Assembly (NCBI GenBank): GCA_905331295.1
Contig: CAJNYD010000096.1
Span: 1-64,000, forward strand
Direction: 5' to 3'
DNA length: 64,000 nucleotides
From: Rotaria socialis
Taxonomy: Eukaryota
Shown here: one piece after another, positions 13,571 to 25,351 of the stretch
How positions within the stretch are numbered: position 1 is the stretch's first letter
Layout of the letters: every line of letters begins with the position of its first letter
Position numbers and translations under genes: made by a program
The notes under the pieces: model-generated
Seen by the model: only the letters and a program-made list of their open reading frames with translations
Databases searched by the model: none
What the model was told of the DNA's origin: nothing

Positions 13571-14386
13571 CTACGTCCAACATTTCAAGTGTAATATTCC
13601 ATTTTTGAGTAATTTGAGAAGTGTTGCACGAAATACTTTGCAGGTGACTGTGTTTAAGTAAAATGAAATACAAGTTGGAACATTGAGCAGTTGAAGAACA
13701 AAGGCGAAAACGAAACTTTCTAATGCTCTTTGATTCGACGATTTTGGTTGATAGAATGTATAGTCAAATAAAACTTTTGTCCAGCTATTGGGAGGGTAAA
13801 GATTGTAAGAAGAATTGTTTATGCAATTAACGTCACAGTTAGATTATGTTCCTCCTGTCTAGTTGTTACTGTTGTTTGATTCGTTGCGGTATGTGTTAAC
13901 GTGCAGAATTCGTAGAGTGTCGGACATTTCTAATTATCAGCAAGTCAACCATGAACATGATTGTCGACGGATAGAGTGGTTATGATCATTAGCCAACGAT
14001 AGGCATTTTTCAAATTGCTCATTTGTCATCGATGGGGAAGGCGCGATGAGACTAGGTAATGATCGACATTAGCCAAAGCAATCAGCCAAGATGATATTGT
14101 ACGAACCGAAAAGAGAACAACGAGACGCATTTTGCAATAGACTGATACAATTTCGGTTTGATCCGAAATCATAAAAAATGTTTGCACCGAGCGTGGTATT
14201 ACTGCACAAATCAGATTAATCAGATTTGCTATACTGGGCACAAGAAAAAAAAACAACACATGGCTTTGAACGAAGTGCTTTCAGTGAAAATACCAAACAA
14301 TTAAGCATACCGCCGATAAAACCAAAGACAAACGGAATGTTTGACATGTAAGTAATGAAATTAAGATTGGAATTTGTATTAGACAT
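13571..14386 (-). pseudogene. Rhodopsin-like GPCR pseudogene
   Basis: TM1 FVFGFIGGMLNCLVFS..ALRSKPC; frameshift in an A-run at ~14245; TM3 YCKMR...SSWLIALANVDHY; in-frame TGA at 14026; TM7-like PTCISFYLNTVTCKVFRATL. Further frameshifts lie in between. Confidence 0.75.
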
Positions 14387-15567
14387 TTTGTGAGGAATTG
14401 CTGTTATCGAGCGTGACAAGAAAACAATACTGTCAACAGATTTAAAGAAATCTATCGAAATCTTTCATATATATATATAACGTCTAACTCAGGTGTCGGA
14501 TTTTCTTCGTGTAGATGAATAATATAATCATTAAATTCTTGGATTGTGGGTAGCCTTATACAAGAGCACTGGTAAAATTGAAGCAAACATAATTTCATGT
14601 AAACATCGCATCATGATCGATGCTTGTATGCGCTTGTTAGACTGTATTGATCAAAATGAGTACAACGGAAAACAACCAAGTAACCTGTTTTTTTACATCA
14701 TTGAAAAAGTAAAAAATTAAGTAATAAAATTAAGTTTTTCATAGATAGTCATGCTCAAATCAGTCATAATAAATGAATCCTTAATGAAGAACACTGATTG
14801 TATTAATAAGACGTGAACGAATGACGTTGATATGCTGTTGAAAATCGATATCTGTCTTACAAAACATATTGCTTTGATCAAAATCAGGTTGTTCGCACTT
14901 CGCCTAGTTTATCGTCCACTCTATCGATGCTTGTAATAAAATGTCTAAGCAGATGCGGTGTTAAAAATGGCACGAAGTGAAAAGAAAATGTTTAATGAAG
15001 CCAAAGTAATTTTTGAGAGCATATAGCACAGACAACAGAGCTCGTAGATTTGGGTTTGACTGCAAGTGTGGTTGTGAGGATATGTGGGTAAGTGTGTATG
15101 GTCGATGGGGTGGGTGTAGGCAGAAAGCAAGCTGCCATCCATACCCACACTCCACATCCTACTATAGTATGTAAATAAATATCTAAAACTAATGTTTTTA
15201 TATCCGTTTATCATAAATTCTTGTAATTGTATAGGATCTCTTCTTTAACAAGCTTCTCTAAGAATTACCTATTATAAAGCTTGAGGGTGTGGGTGTGGAT
15301 GGGTGGATGTTGGTTTGGATTACAACATTGGACACCCACCCCCACACACCCTGCGAATTGAACCTCGTTGTGACAACACGAGAACGTTGGTAATTTAATT
15401 TTGCAATTGTTTTTCATATAACGATAATCAATCGCTTTCTTTTTCAAGATAATTTTTATTTAATGTAATCATTATTTATACATAAAAATATCTACATACG
15501 AATTACAAATGTGACAACATTAAATGAGTAGAGCAAGTCAAGGATTAAACAATGACATAAAACATAT

Positions 15568-16461
15568 TTACAAAAGATGTGTGCTATTTCCTCGATTAAA
15601 TGAAGGGAAAGATTTCCAGTGAAATAAAAATATATAATTCAAAACAGCTAATACACATAAGAAAAATGATGCCACATGAATAAAAATATTAAAAAAAATA
15701 CTTTTTTTCTTTTGCTCTGGTCGAGGAAACACTGGATTATCTACAAGTTGATACATTAACACATTCTTTGCTGTTTGTTCATCTGCTTGTCGAATAATTT
15801 CTTTGGCATCATTATTGTTGTCACAATGTCTAATTTTATCAATGACTTTGTTCCAACATTGCTCGTTTGCTGTTTCGAATGCCTCCAATCGTTCGTCATT
15901 CACGCTATCAATATCTATATATCGCTGAGTTGCTTTGGAATCTTCAAAAGGTTTTTTTTTCAAGATAAAGAACCATCAATAATGCACCCAATAAAATCGG
16001 TGCATCACGATAAAATAGACTGTTTTGTTGATGAGCTCGATTGCCATTAAACATCAAACCTAGAAGAACGTATGGGTACGTGATGGTATGCCATGCGGAT
16101 ATCCAATATCCACTCAAAATATGAAAAAAAAAACAATCCAAATGTATACAGTGTATAGGTATTTAGTCGGAACCAAAAACGGGTTTGCCATGTACAATCC
16201 TGCGGCGTATTGATATACGGTGAAAGAAACATATATTCGCGTCTCAATCTTTTAGCACACTCGTTGTTGGATTCCATGTTTTCAATACTATAATACGAAG
16301 AAACTGAAACCAGTATAGCTTGGCAAAGTAGGATTGAGCATAATTGTTTTCTTTCAGAAGAATTTATAAATCGATAGAAAGCCGGCATGATTTTATCTAA
16401 AACTAAATCAAGAGAAAAATGTTAGGCATGAAAGTTTTCTACTATTCAAAATATCTGACAT
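15568..16461 (-). pseudogene. Uncharacterised membrane protein gene broken by two homopolymer frameshifts (pseudogene or sequencing error)
   Basis: Short first exon MSDILN plus a small intron. The ORF pieces 16388-16047, 16141-15944 and 15963-15568 join into one protein if single-base indels are allowed at the A-run (~16123-16132) and T-run (~15952-15960). Confidence 0.5.
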
Positions 16462-16686
16462 GAATACGTAGTACGGAGTCATAGCTGCCCAACAAAAATA
16501 AAGAAATCTGAAAACAAAAGTATGAAAAAACAAAAAACAAAAAGCGGAGATAATAATCCTGAGTTCATGATCAGACAATGAACTCTATCTCATCACAGAC
16601 AAAAATTACTCTAAATTATAATGACGATACTTGTTCATCTAAAACAATGTAGTCGAAAGAAAATACTGCGATATCTAAAAGGTCCC

Positions 16687-17516
16687 AGTAGCCCAAAAAT
16701 GGAACGAAATCATTTCAAATTTTTTTTATTCAAGATTAGTAAAATACTCGTAGAATTCTACCAGAGACTGTATATTAAAAAATTCCAAATTTGCTTGCTG
16801 TAATAAAGTATCGAAAAAACGAATTTTTCATCTTGATAAACATTCGTGTTAATTTAAAAAAGAATGACTTGTCGAATCATCTCTGTTGCTCAACACGCTA
16901 GAAATTGATTGTTCAATTACCTACGTAAAACTTTATCGAAGAACCTAAACTTGAGATATAATATACTCAAAACATTGCTGAATCTGGAGATTTTTGAATC
17001 GAGTGAAGCGTATGATAAAATCATCAAGTATTACTATCTGTCTCACGCAACTAATAACTATGAATAATATTACTCACAGTTAAAGTGAAATACTTTCAAC
17101 TTTAACTCTAACTTCAACTACTTAATTTTTTTTGAATTTTCAAGTCAAAGTGCCATTCCTAAGCGAACCTTGATAATTTTGTCGTATGCTTCACTCGATT
17201 ACGTTCAAATAGTCTCCAGGACCGATAATGTTCTGAGTATATTATATCTCAAGTTTAGGTTTCTCGATAAAGTTTTGCATGTGTGGCTGAACAAACAATT
17301 TCTAGCTTGTTGAACAACAGGGATGATTCAAAAAGTCATTTTTTAAAAGTTATCACGTATATTTAGTAATATGAAAAATTCGTTTTTTTCAATACTGTAT
17401 CGCAACAACTAAGTTTGGAACTTTTTAACATATATTTTCTGGTAGAATTCTACAAGTTTCTAGCTAACCTTGAATAGAAATTTGCAAAAATAATTTCGTT
17501 CTATTTTCGAGCTACT
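16687..17516. mobile_element. Foldback/MITE with ~340-bp diverged inverted arms
   Basis: 16687-17028 is the reverse complement of 17169-17516 (e.g. GTAGAATTCTACCAGA / TCTGGTAGAATTCTAC; AACCTAAACTTGAGATATAATATACTCA / TGAGTATATTATATCTCAAGTTTAGGTT). Confidence 0.85.
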
Positions 17517-17761
17517 AGATATTGCAACACTTACCTGTTCACTGGCGGCATAAATCAAGAAAAGAGGAGCTGACGCACATGTTATCATGAAAAGAATAAA
17601 AACAGGAAAGTCTGGTAGAGCAATTGATAGTAGACTCAGGAATGCTTGAATAAATAAACAAATCAATAAGAATGCTGGACATGGAAAATTGAGCTGACCA
17701 TAAATTAAGGATATAAAATTAAAAAGTAAACCTAGAAAGATGCATTTCATTTCTGGTGTAT

Positions 17762-18049
17762 CCCAGGTCGAACATTCCGGCCACCGGATCCCGTAGGATA
17801 CTCCAGGAAATATGCGGTAAAGTCACCATATCCTGCAGGAAAACACGCGAAATCGCTGCAACATGGAAGCAGTATTCAGGTCAAATATACGGCCTGACTT
17901 TTCCGGTGGATTCCTGCTAAGTTCTGGTGCTTTCCGGCAGGAATTGATCGGAAATCACCGGAAAAAAACTCCAACCGGAATACTGCTTCCACAAACTCAA
18001 CGGAACTACCGGGAATCGGCCGTTTTCAGGCCGGACTGTTCGACCTGGG
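17762..18049. mobile_element. GC-rich MITE
   Basis: TIRs CCCAGGTCGAACATTCCGGCC ... GGCCGGACTGTTCGACCTGGG; internal CCGG/CCGGAA repeats. Confidence 0.85.
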
Positions 18050-18399
18050 AGAAAGAGAAAAATAATTCATTAGTTCATTGTTTTGGATCAATAAGATGGA
18101 AGGAACGAAAGATGGAACCAATAATTTTCTTTTCTATTCCTCGATGATATATACAATTTCTTGATGAAAATAAAATATTAAGATGTCGTTGATTTACTAT
18201 CATCTCAACTATTTCAAATTAAAAAAGATACAAGAATTAGAAGAAAATCTAAAGCATAAAAAAGAAGCCTTAGAAAAATATTTCCCTCTTAAATATGAAG
18301 GAATCAAAAATGATTAATGTTCGCTTTTGTATGTTGGATACAAAAAAAATGAAAACCAATGCTAAATCTAATGAATGTTGAACTGTGATCTGGATTCGC

Positions 18400-18975
18400 C
18401 CTTTCGGAGGGATCCTAGGATGGCATAGAGCTCGTCGAGTTCTATCTAAGGGTGTGATTTTCATGTGTTGGTCCGGTGTTTTAATGAATTCATACACATT
18501 TTTCGGAAAAAATTAGGTTTTCGGGCTTGGCTACCATTCTTGAAGGGGATTCCAGAATGTGTGTCTCCTAGAAAGGTGTCCATTGGATAGAGCACATCGA
18601 GTTCTATCTTGATATACTATTTTTATCTGTTGGTATAATCTACAGGTGAGTCCCGGTGCGATTTACAGAGAAAATCCGATTCCGGATCTTGTACAGTTGA
18701 TTTTTCAGAGATCTGATAATGGAATCGGGTCGGAATGGTGTTCATTGGATAGAGCTTGTCAAGTTCTATCTCCTGGTAAGGTTTCGTCATTTAGTCTGAC
18801 CTATGAGCGAATCGTGACAAGCTTTACGAAAGACGCTGGATTTTTTGGTAGTATTTTAGGTTTTTCTCCATGAAGGAAGGGTCCTGAGAAAAAATTAATT
18901 AGTGGAACCGATAGAACTCGTCGAGATCTATCTTGGTATAGCCTTTTTATCCTTTGGTATAACCTGCACGCTACT
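18400..18975. repeat. Array of four 23-bp palindromes at exact 162-bp spacing
   Basis: Consensus GATAGAGCTCGTCGAGTTCTATC; the ATAG of each core starts at 18425, 18587, 18749 and 18911. Confidence 0.85.
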
Positions 18976-19234
18976 CCAGTTGCGGAATACTCGAATCCAG
19001 CTCCAATATATCCTACGCCTACTTTAGTTGAAATAATGCTCTTTGAAAATAATTTTTCGCGTTCAAATTCATTATTTTAGCAAAGACCTTCTTTCTTTGG
19101 ATGACGCGATTTTGCAGTCACTTATATTTGTGCATAGCTTAAAAGAAAATTATTAACAACAATATTTGTATTAAAATGTATACAATAAGATTCATCGTAA
19201 TTTAAGAAAGTTTTTATCGAGTTTATCCACTCAA

Positions 19235-22187
19235 TCAAAACCATGTTTTCAGTCCAAAGCCATCATTTTCAATTGAATAATAAGGTTGTTTGTCACGACA
19301 CAATAAAATAATAGAGTCACACAACGTTTTTACAAATTTCGGATGATATTTAAATACGGCTTCGAATTCTTTTGAAGAAGTACCACCTTTGGATCGAAAG
19401 CAAAGAGCAAAATTGATAACGTTAAGTGCTGCCTTTGCGATGAATTGACAGTTGTCAATGTCGACAGTTGTTGGCAAATCATACATAAATATATTTAGCG
19501 AACTCAACTGTCGCAAAGTTGAGAGTGAATACATTAGCGCTGACCAGTCTGGCATCTTATAGTTATGAGATTTGAACAAAATGTGAATACGAATAGAACG
19601 AATTGTGGTTGGAAATGAATAACAGTAGGTAAGACAATCGATACTATTGACGAGAGTTATATTGCGAAGACTAGATAGATATTTGGGAATAGATGTAGTA
19701 TAATAGGCCAAGTGGTACGTTTCAATACGATCGTATGATACCACGTGAGGTAGAGAGTATAAAGAAGGTGATACATTTTCACGAAATACATCTAATGAAC
19801 GAAGAAATGACGTATAAGATGTCGTTACTTTTTGTGGTATTTCAAACACTCGTATTTGAGTAATCCAGTTTTCTGGCATATCTTCATGAAAGAATTCATC
19901 GAATGCCCATGGAAGAGTATACCACATATGATGACAATATTGGCGTCCATAACTCTACAAATATAAAGAATATATTAGCATATTATTAGATCAAAGTTAG
20001 ATAATCAACTAAAGAGCAAAGATTTCTTTTTTTCTTTGTATAACTTAATTTGAAATAAAATGGAAGAAAATACAGTAATGACTTACAAAATGATCCGGAT
20101 TCATGATTGGTTTGGACATCATATACGTGTCATTAACAACCAATGTTGCACCAACAATTTCTCGCCGATGAAAACGATTTCCACGAGGTATATATTGAGT
20201 CATCTCGATGTATTGGGGACAATTAATGAGACTGAAAACGAAATGAACATCAACATGACGATGCTCTGTAAAAAATGTTGACGAACTAATACGATTTATT
20301 TCGTTCATATTAATAAAAATAGATAAACTGGCACGTCGAAGCGCAGGCATTACATTCGAAGACATCAGCATTTCGAAATATGTCCATTCAATTCGTAATC
20401 GCGAATAAAATTTTTGGAAAAAAGTGAATGTATGCAAATTAACCATTGGAAGCAAAGAATTAAATGTTGGCATAGCACAATGCTTACGATCACGATGATT
20501 AGCTATTGAGACGTGTAACTGGCGTAATGTACTGGAAAGTTGTTGTGTTGCCATAATACGAATTAAATCATCCATGGAAACCAATGGCAAAAGCAGATAG
20601 GTAAGAGGGGCATGCACAGCAATGGGCCACCTCATCAAGTTATAGTGAAAGCCGAAGTCGAGTGATCGAAGTGAAAGTAAATGAATAAGAAGAACATCAC
20701 GCATAAGCTTATTTAAGTCACCCAAGGGGTATACAACATGGATCGTGACACCATCCTGGAAACAAAAGAAACCATATTAAAATATCATAAAAACCAATAA
20801 TCAAATAAAAAAGCAGTGCTTTGATTAATAAATCTATTCTGTGAGAGAAAATTTTAATTAAGAATCGCTACAAGAGTAATCAATAACATCTCTTTTGTAA
20901 ACATACAGATTCATAAAGAAAATTGTCTCCAAACACTCTGTTATAACCTGTAGAAATCATAAGAGCAAAACAAATTCGCATTATAATTATTCTAGATTTT
21001 CTGTTGAAAAAACTATCTTATTCATTATAACATTTACCAAGAATTGTAAATAAGTCTCGCTTCCAGAGTAAATATTCACGGCAGTTATTGAGATAAAAAA
21101 ATCTTGCGATATGTTTACAACAATCAAAGCTAGTTCTGGAATATTGAAGAAAATTGTTCAGGACTCTTCGTGAATAGTGATGAAATCGACACATTTAGAC
21201 GAGAAAACTCCATGATACGACTAGAAGCTATGCCATTACGATTCAATTAATTTTAAAATTATTAGAATAAATTCTAGGATGGGATACGTGTTTTAATTGA
21301 TTGGTTAGTTATACTTTCTTTTCTCTATTGATAATTAGAATAATTTTATAGTTGTTTTACTAAAATCTCGTCGTGGCAAATAAATGACTTTATGCTAAAT
21401 TTGAACGTGTCAACTGAATAATTCAATTCCACAACAATCTTGAGTGGCATACATGGCAGCTTTATATATGTGTAGATTGCAAAACGGCTAAAAGTATTAA
21501 ACTAAACACTTTATTTATTTATTTTTAAAACAACAATGAATTTATATTTCCTTGTCCTCTCTATCATATTTTATTTACCTTTCGATCGCATTGAAATTCG
21601 AAGGTAACAAAAAGAGTTCATCTCTTACACACAATTCGTAGAAACAATTTCTTTCTTTTTTTTTTATAGATATCGTGAGTAAATTTCAAAGCAGAGCAGT
21701 AGTGCCTCTATCATTTCAATTCTTAGTTCAACTATCCAATTTGTTGCTGAAATTCAGTGTGCTAAAAAAATACGTTAATACTTACTGGTACTAGTCGTTC
21801 ATTTGAGTTGACAATGATATGAGTAAGTGTAGCTGCATGAAGTATAGCAAAAGGTAAAAGATCATCATAATCGTATACGCTGATTATACGCAAAGTTCTC
21901 AAACGAGGCATATAAGGCCAACAAGTTAGTTGAAGTGGAGATGCATCATTATCAATTGAAATTGATAGAATATCATTCAATGGAAGAAAACGAAGTATTG
22001 TATTAAATTGACGATAACGTGCAAATGATAAATTAATATGATAAAAGAAACCTCGTTCAGTTATTAACGTTGTCAGACGATAATTAAGGTGAGTAAATCC
22101 CCAAAGAATATCGATCGATGATAGATACGAGAACAACTCGATCAATACTAGATCGGATAGATCGCCGAAACGTGTAATCAGCGCCAT
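19235..22187 (-). CDS. F-box domain protein with LRR-like body (596 aa)
   Basis: Exons 22187-21786, 20755-20087, 19954-19235, all phase 0 with GT-AG introns. N-terminal F-box-like FGDLSDLVLIELFSYLS..DILWGF..LN.RL, LxxLxL repeats and a WYTLPW motif. Confidence 0.8.
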
Positions 22188-22922
22188 ATATTGATGTAAG
22201 AGATTATGCCTGCATTTTTATCATTCTATTCTCCTTCTCATAGTCATCGATGGACGAGTGTGCTTTTTTTTCAGTTTTTTTCTTAATTTTCCGAGTAAAG
22301 AACGACAGTTCTATGTTGAATATGACCGTGACCATAGAGATAATGACGATATATTCTAACAGAGACTGAACATAAGTCAGAAAATTTTAAAAAAATTATA
22401 AAGCATCACTTTTTTGTTTAGCAACTGTAAATGATAAATGATCTAAGTACTTCATAGTATTTATAATTAGCATATACTTCGTACAATCATAAGAAATAAA
22501 GTTTCATGCTCATTCTACCAAGTAGAATTTGAGAAATCTTGAGACTGATGAACGTTTGTTGCAAATGTTTATGAATGAAAATGCATATGATGGGGAATTC
22601 GAATTTGCGCCAAGTTCAAACTCCCCACGAATAGAGGTGTGAGCCGAGGGGGTGAACAGCACCGACTTCAAAAATTCTTTTTAATGCTCAGCGACGGCTG
22701 ACTCAAATATTTAGGCTGCACGGCGACGGCGGCTGGAAGATTAAAAAAGCACTATAGTTTCATAAACAAGAAAATTCTGTCCATTTCAGTATCTTATCAT
22801 ACATATTTTCGAACAAATATGTGAAACAACTTTATTGTGCATTGTGACATAATAAATAAAGTTAAAGTACATAACTAATATTGAGACAGACAATAGATAA
22901 AAAAAAGAAATTCATCAAAAAT

Positions 22923-23393
22923 TAGGGGTGTCACATTTAAATTTAAAATAAATTAAATTTTTTTTTAAACGAAAAGTTAAATTTAAATTTAATTAAATTT
23001 AAATTTAAATTAAATTGTTTGAAATTCAAATTAGTTAAATTTTGAAAACTAGTAGATAAACATAGTTTTTGATTTGATTGCTACGGTTTAAAGTCAAATT
23101 TGAGTATGTTTCCTGTTTTCTAAAGTTAAACCTAATCATTCTTCTGCGAATTGTGCTATTAAATATATTTTTATGAGTATCCAACTATTTTGAAGAAACA
23201 AGATGACGGATCTTGCATAATCTGTAGAGAAATTTTGACTATTATGAACAAATATTAACCTAAAATACTATGTTTTCCTCTCATTTAGTATTTACTACTG
23301 TTAAAGTTACGTATTTTCCACGTAGCAATGATGTGTATCCATCCAAACAATTTATTAAATTTAAATTAAATAAACTGTAAATTGACACCCCTA
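22923..23393. mobile_element. hAT-superfamily MITE
   Basis: TIRs TAGGGGTGTCA / TGACACCCCTA; perfect 8-bp TSD TCAAAAAT at 22915-22922 and 23394-23401; subterminal TTTAAA repeats. Confidence 0.92.
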
Positions 23394-23410
23394 TCAAAAA
23401 TGTAAATTAC

Positions 23411-24160
23411 CAGTGTTTTATCCAGGATTTTTGGTATGCTAAATCTCAGCTCTAGGCAGAGCTGGGGAAATACGGAATTTTTCGAGTACGAGTACCAATA
23501 CATGTCTGAGTCATGAATCAAAATTTTTTAAGTCGCTTTTTCATCATCAAGTTTCAAAAAATCAAACCACAATAAAACTTTATTACATTTAAGAAACATA
23601 AGCAAACATACATTTTTTCAAGTTAACGATGCGGAATGTGGACGCGTTACAAATCCACTTTGAGAGAATGTTCTTTCAGTAGGGGCCAATGTAGCTGGCG
23701 CTGAAAAGTATTTCAGACCAAGTTCATATAAAGAAGGATAAAGAATTTTCTTGAGAAAAAGAAAATTACTTTCATTACTTTTTCCGCTAGAATAGCATAA
23801 AGTTCTACGAAAAGTGTTGGTTCCTCATCAGCAGAAATGTTTTTCATATCATTCAATTAAGGAACAAGGCACTTTCTCTTTGTTATTGGATCTACATGTT
23901 GTGTCAGCTTATCGCTGTCATCGTATTCAACTACGTTTCGCGCATCAGCTTCCTCTTCCTGTAACAAAGAAAAAGTCAATTTTGAGAAAAAATGAACCAA
24001 AGCAGTATGCATTTTTTCAATAACACGCAACTTCACCAAAGCTTGAAGATTATCGAGCCATAAAAGCTTAAAACGCCCATCTAGAACTGATGTAACAACA
24101 AAACTAGGATCAGAAAAACGCCCAGACATAGAACAAGAAACAAATGGTACATCAATTTTG
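23411..24160 (-). mobile_element. hAT transposon 3' relic (decayed transposase)
   Basis: Minus strand encodes SVLDGRFKLLW (ASxLDPRFK-like) and the hAT dimerisation motif YPSLYELGLKYFSAPATLAPTERTFSQSG..RPH..SLT*KNVCLLMFLKCN with an internal stop. A CAGTGTT hAT-like terminus lies near 23411. Confidence 0.8.
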
Positions 24161-25351
24161 AAATGGCGAAGAATTCTTGAGGGTGTGGGTGTGGAATTAT
24201 TCGAAGTACACCCACACCCACACCCACAATACGAGCAAAAACAGAACTTGTGCTATTTTTAATTTCACTTCTGCAATGTCCTTTTGAACGTTTGTATTTT
24301 CCAAATCTAAAAACAAGTTTTGAACAATTTATTATCTCTAACTGTGACAACTACAGTTAAACTCTAGAGGATCGATCATAAACTTGATACATCGTAGTGA
24401 TCGACTCAACTATGAAAAAATAATAAAATTACCTGTTCTAAAAATATTTCTAAAAATTGAGTGTACTATTTTAATGTTAAGAGAGCAATGTACGAATAAT
24501 AACCGAAGTTTTTTCTTGCGTTTTAAGCATCATCTTGGATCAGAATCTGATCGGCTCTGCTGATATAGCTATCAAGTTGATTCACTAGTTTTAACATCGA
24601 TTGGTTTTGTCAATTCAGCATTCTAGATATACTACGTAAACAAATGAAAGCGGTATCGATAAATAAGTATTGGCAACCAAATGGAACATTTACATGAATT
24701 AAATCGATCATTGTTCTAATAAGAGGACGCTTTTGAAATAGAATGAGTCTTCTCCTCTCGTGCCGTCAAACTCAATCAATACTTATAACTCATCGATTTT
24801 GTTGAAAAGTATCCTAGCCGAAACTTGACTCCAATGCGACGATGTAGTACGAAATCAAATGAAACAGTATGCTACTTGTCGCTTTGATACACATCATCAT
24901 ACAAATATGAGCTTAACAGAAATAAAACATTCATTTTTCATTTAGTTTTATTGGAAAGAAACAATTAAACATGCACTCCTCTACTTCTACTATTTAGTTG
25001 AAATCTTTTTTTCTCCTGCGGATAGGCGAACGTGACTAAAATTAGTTTGTAAAATCATCATCTGAAGATAATAAGATATATTTAGCTGACCAATATTGTA
25101 CTCAGATATTTTAATCTAAATTTTCGACTGTTTGACGCTAAACGAAATCCTATATTCATTCGGATTTTTCGACAGTCATCTATCTCAAATCGTCATTATA
25201 TGGAAAAATCTATTGTAATAATAAATAAAACAATAGAATCATGTAAAAAAGAATTGTTTTCTTTTTGTGAAATCATAAATAAATAACAAGGAGAGAATCT
25301 TTTTTTTAAAAATCACAACTATCATCGAACCAAATTGAAACATAATTTTAG

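Noticed and set aside
18400..18975. CRISPR array
   Set aside because: Repeats are degenerate, spacers are ~139 bp and partly related to each other, there are no cas genes, and the context is eukaryotic.
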